The notes under the pieces are model-generated. The model did no database searches, was not told the DNA's origin, and was given only the letters and a program-made list of their open reading frames with translations. 64,000 nucleotides of DNA from Octopus sinensis (taxonomy: Eukaryota). A program made the translations under genes and the position numbers. Shown here piece by piece: positions 12,201 to 23,300 of this stretch; position 1 is the first letter of the stretch; each line of letters begins with the position of its first letter. The DNA lies in the NCBI RefSeq assembly GCF_006345805.1, contig NW_021833065.1, forward strand, positions 1-64,000. The letters are read 5' to 3'.

Positions 12201-14261
12201 AACATTGACTACACTTCTTCATTTGTGCAGGTGGGGATCTCAACTGATTAGTGTGTGAAACTCACTCTCTCTCCCTCTCTCTCAATATTACACTTCATTT
12301 CCTGCTACTGAGCAGCATCTTCTCAATTCATATATATCCATATGCTTATGAAAATGTTTCACTTGTTCTGAGGTAACTTGGAATTAAATTTGGATTATGG
12401 CTTCCCATATGTATTTGTGGTAACAGAGTACTGAAATATTTGAGCACTCTCTTTACAAAGACAGAAAATAGTAACTATATTTTGCATTTATAGACTTTTT
12501 TCATGAGCCATTTAATATTATAGTTCCCAACCATTAATTATCAAAAGGGTTTAGAGCAAAAAGAAGAATGTAGAAATTCTATCTCTTTATGCTTTGAGTT
12601 AAAGCTATGCCATGGTCAACTTTGCCTTTAGTCTTTTGGGGGATTAATAAAGAAGCATATAGCTAGTGGGCTGGTGATATTTTTAGATATCAGAAAAGAT
12701 AGCATGTGATATCTTCTGAGCTCAAATTCTAGGTTCCAGTGGCCAGGGGAAATTAATCACTTGACCACAGGGACATCCAATCACACCCAGAGTTGGCCAA
12801 TACACACAGCATAGATAAGCTGGCGACAAATTAATCTAATAATAGATTGTAAATAGATGGATAGCTGGATGAAGATTATATGGACTTATTTAAACTACAG
12901 CGGTAAAAGTAAATGTTAAATATTATAAAAGCCAAGTGTTATATCTTCCTGATAATTTTATTTCTAAAAGAACACACATTCTTTTTAAATTTTGGTTTAT
13001 TTAGTCTTTTTCTGAAGAAACTATCCAGTGCTCTTTTGAAAAGGTCACTTTTCTATGATACTTTTCCAGTAGTGTTAAAAACACTTATAGTGAAAAGCAT
13101 ATGACCAATGAAAATTACTATGATTATAATAGATGTGAAGTGTGTAAGTGGATTAAAGAAATAGGTAGGTTAATCATGAAAAACTCAATTAGAATGTTAT
13201 TTGGTTCTGATTGATTATACAGCTTAGAAGATTAATAAGGGGCGTAATGTGAGTTGTGTCAGTCAACAATAAAATCTAAATTTTCTTTTTCTTTTCACCT
13301 AGTACTTTTTCTTTTTTAAATAAAGGTATCTAGTATAAAAATTATTTTAAATGTCACCAGTTCCATTACTTTTAAGGTTTATTCATGTGTAGTTGTCCAA
13401 ATAAAGTAATGCATACTTTTATTTTTTATTCTCTCTCTCTCTCTGTATGTGTGTGTGATTTTATATATACATATAACTTGAGCAAAACAAACTTTAATTT
13501 GTTTTGCAGAAAATTGAGGGGGTTCTGGTCATTTGCCGTGCAAAACTTGTGTGTGAATGTGTATATGTAACTCTGTCTGCATGTGTAGTAGGTGCATGCA
13601 TGTTCAATCCCACTTGGGTAACTGTCTTCTACTGTAACCTCAGGCCAGCCAAAGCCTTGTGAATAGATTTGTATGTTCTTGGCTTCATATTGTATGATTG
13701 TTGTAAATGAATATCGTTCATTTCCACTATTTTGTAAAAATGTGTCATGCCATGAGAAAGTATCACCTTGGAAACACTTAATGGTTGGTGACAGGAAAGG
13801 CATCTGGCTATAGTTAATTCTACCTTAATTAAACTCTCACACACCTATGCAAGTAAGGAAAAGTGGATATTAAAATTGAGGTGGTGGTGATGTTGAAAAT
13901 ATAGGCTTGTTATAATGTGCTACGATAATTCTGTGTAAGAATCACATTAACAGTACACATATCTGTGGAATACTCAGTCATTTACATGCTATTTTGTAAT
14001 CAGAAATTCAATAAGTGTCATCAACACAACAGTTGCCCTACTTTGTCTCCAGCAGGCAACACTCATATTTATTTAGGAGTAGAAGATTTATGACCTGGGG
14101 AATTTGGATAATTTAGAAAGAAAGAAAAGATGGCTAGTCATAATTATTTGAAAAAGAGGACAAAAATGTGCGTATAAAGTGTAATAGATATGTATATTTG
14201 CACACACACACATATAAAAATCAAATCAGGGTAGTATACTCTAAAGTTATTTAGCATATTG

Positions 14262-14452
14262 GTTTCAAATTTTGGCACAAGACCATCAATTTCAAGGAAA
14301 TGCTAAGTTGATTAAATCAACCCTGGTGCTCAGCTGGTACTTATTTATCAACCTTAAAAGGATGAAAGGTAAAGTTGAACACAGAGCATAATGACATGAA
14401 ATTAGGCTAAGCATTTTGCCCAGCACAGTAATGATTCTGCCAGCTCACTGCC
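14262..14452 (-). mobile_element. SINE with 21-bp target-site duplication
   Basis: CTAAAGTTATTTAGCATATTG at 14241-14261 and 14453-14473; body is the same family as the copies at 58790-59170. Confidence 0.8.
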
Positions 14453-14849
14453 CTAAAGTTATTTAGCATATTGATTCATTTCAGTCACTATTACAAAGTA
14501 GATGTAAGAATTTCCTGACACAAAACTCGATACTCCTGTTATCAAAAGTTACTATGTGACATACTGTATACAGTCATACCTCACCATATTGTGGCTCACC
14601 ATCATGCACTCAGTATATCCAGGTTGCTACAGCCGATAGGTATTTATGTGTTTTTAGATTTTAATTATTTCTGTGGGAGCTTTTGGGACATAAAACCTGC
14701 AATAGTCAAGGGATTATTCTAGTAGCTTCTGAAAATCTGAGTTTTGGTGATTAGGTTAGTTAAAAAAAGCCTCTGGGTGTATATAGCTCTCTCTATCTAT
14801 CTCTCTCATATATATATGGAGGTATATGTGCACGTATTTGTTTGTATGT

Positions 14850-15205
14850 AGGGCATGCATGGCTATGTTAAGTTTGCTTCCTAACTCATGGTTCTGGGTT
14901 CAGTCCCACTGCTTGCTACCTGGGCAAATATCTTCTGCTATGGCTCTGAGCTGACCAAAATCTTGTGAGGGGATTTGGTAGAGAAAAACTGAAAGAAGCT
15001 CATTGTGTATGTTTGTCCCCTACCACCACTTGACAAGTGGTGTTGATTTGTTTACTTGCCCATAACTTATCAGTTGAGAAAAAGACTCTCATAGAATAAA
15101 CCCCAGGCTTTAAAAATATGTTGTGGGGTCAGTTTGTTTGACCTCTTTATGGTGGTGTCCCATCATGGCTGCAGTCCAATAACTGAAATAAGTAAAATAC
15201 AAAAG
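14850..15205 (+). mobile_element. tRNA-derived SINE
   Basis: Box A/B-like head (TGGCTATGTTAAG...GGGTTCAGTCCC) and 3' tail ...CTGAAATAAGTAAAA shared with other copies. Confidence 0.65.
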
Positions 15206-15454
15206 ATGGGTGCAGGCGTGCTTATGTGGTTATGGCGTTAACTTTCCAATGTCGTGGTTGCTCAACAACTTGGGTAGGAGCCTTCTATTATAGTTTGCAG
15301 CCTATAAAACCCTTGTGTGAGGATTTAGTAGACAAAGTTGCAGAAGCTCATCGTGCATGTGTATGCCAAGGGCATTCTGGCTGTAATGCCCAAATAATGT
15401 ATTTGTCCACTCATGCTCAAATATTTCTCTGTCTGTGTATCGATATATATGCAT

Positions 15455-15491
<37 letters not shown>

Positions 15492-15659
15492 AACATACAT
15501 ATATATACATATAATGGTTTGAGGTGCAGGAATGGTGTATTCTGAATGAACAAGGTAATGGGTAATGTAAACTGATGGTGGAAAGAATTCCACAAATTAG
15601 GTGTTCCAAAGTCAGTCAGAAGGCCGGGGTCTATATGAGCATGTGGTAAATAGTAAATT

Positions 15660-15990
15660 CAAAACAACAACAAACACACGAAAAAAAATAACACAAGGAC
15701 AAGGTACAGGCAAAATATTAGCAGATGTTCTGCGGAGGAAGGAAAGGTAGTTTTATGCTTTGAGCAGAGCTCTTTGTCAGAAACAAGATACAGAGGAGAA
15801 TGCAAGAGAACAGGGAGATGCAGGAAAAAGATTGCAAATGATCCACATGTGGGTACATTTTCAGTGTAACCACTGATTGTTAAAGATTTTTTCCTCCACC
15901 CTGCTTCTACTGTTTCTCATGAAGCACTTTGCTTAAAACGTAAAACTACCTTGCGTTGTTATTGTTTCTTTCTTCTTCTGTTTGTTCTTT
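15660..15990. mobile_element. Palindromic element with inverted decayed hammerhead-like motifs (Penelope-LTR-derived?)
   Basis: Arms 15744-15785 and 15911-15952 are reverse complements; central palindrome CCACATGTGG at 15843-15852. Outer boundaries are approximate. Confidence 0.6.
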
Positions 15991-16002
15991 TCTCTTTTTT
16001 GG

Positions 16003-16446
16003 ATATACATATATATATATATGTATATATTTATAGATATATGTATATATATATATATCTATATATATATGTGTGTGTGTGTATGTGTATATATCTATAT
16101 ATGTGTGTGTGTGTATGTGTATATATCTATATATATGTGTGTGTGTGTATGTGTATATATCTATATATATGTGTGTGTGTGTATGTGTATATATCTATAT
16201 ATATATGTGTGTGTGTGTATGTGTATATATCTATATATATGTGTGTGTGTATGTGTATATATCTATATATATGTGTGTGTGTGTATGTGTATATATCTAT
16301 ATATATGTATGTGTGTGTATGTGTATATATCTATATATATGTGTGTGTGTGTATGTGTATATATCTATATATATGTGTGTGTGTATGTGTATATATCTAT
16401 ATATATATATGTGTGTATATCTATTTATATATGTATATATACATAT
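16003..16446. repeat. Compound TA/TG microsatellite-minisatellite (unit approx. TATATCTATATATATGTGTGTGTGTGTATGTG)
   Basis: Directly visible. Confidence 0.95.
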
Positions 16447-16735
16447 GTGGAGGCGCAATGGCCTAGTGGTTAGGGCAGCGGACTCGTGGTTTCGATTCCC
16501 AGACCGGGCGTTGTGAGTGTTTATTGAGCGAAAACACCGTAAAACCCCACGAGGCTCTGGCAGGGGGTGGTGATCTCTGTTATACTCTTTCACCACTCTT
16601 TCTCCTACTCTTTCTTCTGTTGGCCTGCTCGCCTAGCCAGCGGGGTGGCATCATTCGAAGGCTAAAACAATGCGAACGCATTGTGACCAGCGATGTGTAA
16701 CTACATCTGATGGACTGGTCGGTCACGTGATGATA
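16447..16735 (+). mobile_element. Relatively young tRNA-derived SINE (CpG-retaining)
   Basis: GGAGGCGCAATGGCCTAGTGGTTAGGGCAGCGGACTCG..GGTTTCGATTCCC tRNA-like A/B boxes followed by a non-tRNA body; related decayed copy on the minus strand at about 36480-36755. Confidence 0.8.
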
Positions 16736-16807
16736 TATACATATATATATGTATATCTGTGACGGCACATGGCTTAGTGGTTAGGGTGTCGGCATCATTA
16801 TCTTAAG

Positions 16808-17220
16808 ATATGTATGTATATATGTGTATGTATATACATATATATATATGTATATATATATGTTTATGTATATATGTGTGTGTGTATATATGTATATAGA
16901 TATATATGTATATCTATATATAATGTATATCTATATATATATATTTATTTATCTATATATATATATGTATATCTATTTATCTATATATATATGTATATCT
17001 ATTTATCTATATATATATGTATATTTATATATATATATATATATGTATTTATATACACAAATATCTATACATGTATATATATATATGTGTGTGTGTGTAT
17101 GTATATTTGTATATGTGTGTGTGGTATGTATATTTGTATATATGTGTGTATATTTGTATATATGTATATATGTGTGTGTGTGTATATCTTTGTATATGTG
17201 TGTGTGTGTGTGTATATGTG
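16808..17220. repeat. Compound TA/TG microsatellite
   Basis: Directly visible. Confidence 0.95.
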
Positions 17221-18003
17221 CCTGAAGCCAACATGATCCGCTGAATGTGTAAAGTCAGTGTGCACATACGTCAGAGTGTAAGCACCCTGAGAGAAATGTT
17301 GGACATAAGAAGCATCGGATGTGGCATGCAAGAGTGACATTTGCGCTGGTGTGGTCATGTTCTACGGATGGATGAGGAGAGATGTGTGAAGAACTGCCAC
17401 TCCCAGACTGTTGAAGGAATCCCGGGTAGAGGTAGACCCGGGAAGATATGGGATGAGGTGGTGATGCATGACCTTTGAACATTGAGCCTCATAGGCAATG
17501 ATGGAAGACCGAGACCTCTGGAGATGTTCTGTGACTGCAAAGACCCAACAAATGAAGTGAGTTCATGGCTGTATCCTACACCATTTTCACACAACCAGCC
17601 CATTCAATGTACCCTGGATTGCAGGACGGCCTGCTGTGCTTACTTTGGATGGTGGGGTGACCTGTGCTTGAGGAGACTGATTGAGTCAAGTACATCAGCA
17701 TAAAAATCAAATGAAAAATGTAGTTGTGATGGCTGATGCCAGCGCTGCCTTGGTTGGCACGTAAAAAACAGTAGCTGATCATGGCCATTGCCTGCCTCCT
17801 CCAGCCCCTGTGCCGATGGCACACAAAATGCAGCTACTACAATTAAGGAGTGGTTGGTGATAGGAAGGGCATCCAGCTGTAGTAACACTGCAAGATCAGA
17901 CTGGAGCTTGGTGCAGTCTCCTGGCTTACCAGACTCCGGTCGAAGCATCCATCCTGTGCTAGCATGGAAAACGGACATTAAATGATAATAATGATGATGA
18001 TGA
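17221..18003 (+). mobile_element. 5'-truncated RTE-clade LINE 3' end
   Basis: Translates to SVSTLREMLDIRSIGCGMQE*HLRWCGHVLRMDEERCVK...EGIPGRGRPGKIWDEVV (RTE C-terminal LRWxGHVxRM / GRGRP..W); 3' tail GCATGGAAAACGGACATTAAA(TGA)n. Confidence 0.8.
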
Positions 18004-18004
18004 T

Positions 18005-18420
18005 GTACATGTGTGTGTATATGCATGTACATATCTGTATGATTGTATGTATATATATATGTTTATGTATATGTCTATGTGTGTATCTATATATATGTGT
18101 GTGTGTATATATACCTGTGTGTATATTTATGTATATGTATTTGTATGTGTGTATGTATGTATATGTCTATACGTGTACATATGTATATGTCTATATGTGT
18201 ACATATGTATATGTCTATATATGTACATATGTATATATGTATATGTCTATATATGTACATATGTATATGCCTATATATGTACATATGTATATGCCTATAT
18301 ATGTACATATGCATATCTATGTACATATATGTATACATATATATGCGTATGTATTTATATATATACACACACGCATATATATATATATGCCATATATGCA
18401 TATATATATATATATGCATA

Positions 18421-18462
<42 letters not shown>

Positions 18463-18560
18463 TATATATATATATGCATATATTTATATATATATATATA
18501 TGCATATATATATATATGCATATACACATATGAATGTTTATATATACATATATATGCGTA

Positions 18561-18596
<36 letters not shown>
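18005..18596. repeat. Compound TA/TG microsatellite
   Basis: Directly visible. Confidence 0.95.
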
Positions 18597-18597
<1 letters not shown>

Positions 18598-18775
18598 ATT
18601 AGAGATAAAACCACTATTAGGCAACTCAAATAGTGATAGACATAAAAACAAAAAATAAATATAATTTTATCTCTAATTTAATTTATATTGTGAAATTTGT
18701 TTTAATCCTAAATCTAATTTTTCCCTGTTAAGTTTGGATATACTCCCTAATATTATTATAATATATATATATATA

Positions 18776-19435
18776 TGCACTCGATAGAGTGTAAGTACTT
18801 TGAGAGAAAAGTTGAACCTAAGGTGTGCAAGAGAGACGACTGTGCTGGTATGGTCATGTGGCGAGAATGGATGAGGATAGCTGTGTGAAAAAGTGACACA
18901 CTCTGGCAGTTGAGGGAACCCGTGGAATAAGCATACCCAGGAAGACCTGTGATGAAGTGGTAAAGCACGACCTTCGAGCATTAGGCCTCACCGAGGGGAT
19001 GATTAGTGACAGCAACCTTTGTAAATATGCTGTGCTTGTGAAGACCCGGCAAGCCAGGTGAGACCATAACCTCGTGGCCTATGCCAGGGCTGTAATCAGC
19101 CCACTCATGCGTACCTTTTCTCCATTGGACACTAAACTCTGCTTGCGAAGACCTGTTGAGGCAAGTGAAATCGAATTCGATGACTGGCATCCATGCTCAT
19201 GAAAAAATATTCGAGCGAGGTCATTGCCACTGCCATCGAGCTGGCCTTCGTGCCGGTGGCAAGCAAAAGCATCCACTACACTCTCGGAGTGGTTGGCATG
19301 AGGAAGGGCATCCAGCTGTAGAAACTCTGCCAGATCAGATTGGAGCCATGTGCAGCCATCTGGTTCGTCAGTCCTCAGTCAAATCGTCCAACCCATGCTA
19401 GTATGGTAAGCGGACATTAAACGATGATGATGATG
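18776..19435 (+). mobile_element. 5'-truncated RTE-clade LINE 3' end (second copy)
   Basis: Homologous to 17221-18003 (WYGHVARMDEDSCVKK...); ends GGACATTAAACGATGATGATG. Confidence 0.8.
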
Positions 19436-19489
19436 CACACACACACACACACATATATATACACCTGTATATTTGTATATATATGTGAA

Positions 19490-20355
19490 AAGCAACTTTT
19501 GAGTGTGGTCATTGCCTGAAACGCCTGACTGCACTTTGTTACGGAGGGCATCCAGCTATAGAAACTTTGCAGATGATATTGAGCCTGGTGCAGCCTCTGG
19601 CCCCGCAGTACTCAGATCATCCAACCCATGCCAGCATGGAAAGCGGACGTTAAGCAACGACACTGATGATGTGTAAGTATATAGATACATATATATATGC
19701 TTACGTGTATACACATGCATATATATATATGTGTGTATGTATATACATATGTGTATGTTTATACATTTACATATGCATATATATGATGATGATGATGATG
19801 ATGATGATATATGTGTATTTATATACAAATATATATATTCGTATCTATATAAGCATATATATATGCTAGGGACATGCGTAAGCTTGCATGGAATGAAGCC
19901 AGTATGCTCCACTGGATTTGTAATGTCAGTGTGCATACTTCGAGCGTGATCGTTGCCAGAGCAGCTGACTGGCTTCCGTGCCGGTGGCACGTAAAAAGCA
20001 CCACTTCAGCGTGATCGTTACCAGCATCACCTCACTGTCATTTGTGCCGCTGGCACGAGATGAAATATTCGAACGAGGTCGTTACCAGTGCCGCTAGACT
20101 GGCCCCTATGTATGTGGCATGTAAAAACACCATTTGAGCGTGACCGTTGCCATTACCCTGAATGTCCCGCGTGCCAGTGGCACGTAAAAACACCCACTAC
20201 ACTCTCGGAGTGGTTGGCGTTAGTAAGGGCATCCAACTATAGAAACTCTCCCACATCAGATTGGAACCTGGTGCAGCCATCTGGTTCGCCAGACCTCAGT
20301 CAAATCGTCCAACCCATGCCAGCATGGAAAGCGGACGTTAAACGATGATGATGAT
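19490..20355 (+). mobile_element. Two further RTE 3'UTR-type fragments (19490-19670, 19865-20355) with internal GCCGGTGGCACGTAAAA subrepeats
   Basis: Same terminal GCATGGAAAGCGGACGTTAA(ACGATG) tail as the neighbouring copies. Confidence 0.7.
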
Positions 20356-23300
20356 ACATATAGATGGCTTGCTGGTTGTATATATAAATGGTTGGTTGTA
20401 TCTATGTGAGGATAGTGACATGTGTATAGATGTGTGTGAATGTGAAAACATATATATATATGAGAGAGAGAGTGTGTGTGTTGCTCTTGTTGTACCACTA
20501 AGTTGCACTAACATAAACTACCCCAGTTGCCAAATCCTTTTTTTTTGTTGTTGTTGTTGAACAAGGGCAATTTAAATGAAACTTGGAAGTCACTGTCAGA
20601 CTTTTCCTTGAGAAATGATTTATATGTATGCCTGCATAATGTATAAATGTGTGAGTATGTGTATTTGTATAAATGTATGTATGTTTATATTTATATCATC
20701 ATTTAACCTCCATTTTCCATCTGGCATGAGTTGGATAGTTCAACAAGATGTGGCAAGCCATAGGACTGCACCAAGCTCCAATGTCTTTGGCGTGATTTCT
20801 ACAGAGATACCCTTTCTAACACCAACCACTTTATGGTTGTACAGAGGGATGCCCTTCCTAACGCCATCCACTTTACTGAGTGTACTTGGTGCTTTTTACA
20901 TGGCACAGGCACTTGTGAGGTCACCAAGTAACTTGTAGGATAAGACTCCCTCAACTGAGTTGGATGTGTGTGTATATATATATATATATACCTTTGTCCC
21001 TTCCATACTCACTAAAGTAATTTCTGTACCTCTGGTCTTCACCTCTGTTCCTGTACAGCCATCAAAGGGGATCATAGATAAAAACGAATGAGGAACCCTG
21101 CTCTACAGGATTTCCCTATTTTCGGATCTATCTGTAGGTTTATTATATTGCTGCTCTCCATCCTTCCTATACCACAGCTTATCACTTCCCCCTTCCTGGG
21201 CTATTTCTTTTATCTTCTACCCCGAACTCATATACTGCAATTTCACTCTTGTACATCGTTCACTACATTAACCTATACCGCATGTCTAACAATCTACATC
21301 TTTGATTTTCAGCTACCCTTCCGTATTCTCTCAACTACTCACCTTCTTGTACACCTCGCCATCAACATCTTTATCTTCTTTCCAGCTACCCCATCCACTC
21401 CTACTTTAAAAGGTAGCTTCTGTATCTCTTCTATAGTATGACGCATGTGCCTGTCTCTCTGTCATACTTTGTCTTCTCAAGACTTGACATACAACAACCC
21501 TACTCAGTTGAGGGCTTCTTTTTCTCCTCATCTTAACTATTTACTTGGCAACCCCTCCGGTGCCGCTGTCTCGAAAAAAAAGACACCATCCACTACACCC
21601 TGTACAGTGGTTGGCATTGAGAAGTGCAACCCAACCATAGAAGCCGTACCAAAAGATACATTGGTGCTCGTTGGACCTTGTCAAACCGTCCAACCGATGC
21701 CAACATGAAAAACGAACGTAATGAATTAATGATTTATATGCTGAAACTCCGATGAAGCTATATGGTGATAGTCAGGAGCTCAACTATGAGTCCATTGTAT
21801 CTCATAGCAGAAACATTTGTAAGCTAATGAAGTTCATAGGATAATTATTTATTCTTTTGTCATCTCAATTTATTTGCACTTATGTATAATTACATGTGTG
21901 TGCATATGTTCGCTCAGAGATTTAAAACTAATATTTACATTTATATGTATGTATACACATATTTATATTTATGTATACATATGTGCGCGCGCGCGCGTAT
22001 CCTTGAAGTATATCATCTGAAATGTATACTTGTTTGCTGCGACATATTAAAATTAGTCGTGTGATTAGAATGTTTCTACCTTCATTGCTAATATCTGTTA
22101 TATTTAACTATTTGTATCACTTACTATTTGACTTTACCAAAACAATAAGTATATTGTATATATTTGTTGTGGTTATATCTTATAAAATAAATTTATTTTC
22201 TACTCATGTTTCTTGAGTTACATCGTTTCTTTAAATAAAATGCTAATATATTCAAGATGGATGACTTAACTACTGCTATCGATTTTCTAAGTTACTTCCC
22301 CTTTCAGAATACTTCCCCTTTGCGTATGGAAGCTAAAGCCATGTTTGTGTTTTGCATTTATTTTTAAATCTTTTTAATATACATGTCTCAGCTTTAACTT
22401 CGTTTTTGTATCTGGTTTGCAAAATTCTTTATGGGAATTCGTGTGTTGAAACAAATTTTCTTGTGTCTCTCTCCCCACTTTCAGCAAAGTTAGGTTTAAC
22501 TGTTGTCGGTGTATTTTCGAATAGAACCTGTTCTAAGTTTTTGCACTTTAATAAGAAAGAACTTATCTTCTTTTCTTTCTTAATTCAGTTTTCAGACACG
22601 AAATGTTACATGTTAAATTCACATATAAGCAAATAAGCAGTTAAGATTTATAGGTTGCTGGTTCAAATTTTAAGTAGTGTTATCTTTCAACGCACACTGA
22701 ATTCTATACTGGCTACTGTAGAAAACACATTTTTCTGGATAGTTTGAAATAAAAATTATTTATTCTAAATTTTGTTTACTTTTGTTTTTGAAGTATTTTA
22801 ATTTACTGCTTTTGATTAAATGGTTTATCAACCTTTAAATGGCATCATTTACTTTCTTTATATTGGTAAATTCTCTTAATTCATTTTATGTTGATAACTT
22901 AGATTAGAAAGATCACTATTTGGCTTATTAATTAAAATATGGTCCTTTAGAAGACAGATCCTCGAATTAGTGACTTTAGGTTGTATTCTCTAAACATAAT
23001 AGTCGCATCCTTAAAAGTACATGCCATTTTTATCCTGACACCATCCCTATTCTCTGTGTAGTTGTGGCTCTTACAACTATGGCAAATAGAACTACAGTAT
23101 TAGTACATGATTCTTAGTTAATGATAATGGCTTGTTTTATACTTTGCTTTTATAATATTTTACCATTGGCTTTTTGCCAATGATAGAAATCGTTATTTTA
23201 ATGAACTGCAGCCAAATGTTTTAGCATCTGCGTCGAACTAAGAACGGAAAAATCATTTTGTCGGGTATAACTGGGTATTTTATGAGTTGTTTCCCATCTC

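Noticed and set aside
15951-18658. Many long overlapping Y/I/C/V ORFs
   Set aside because: Dinucleotide repeats lack stop codons; not coding.
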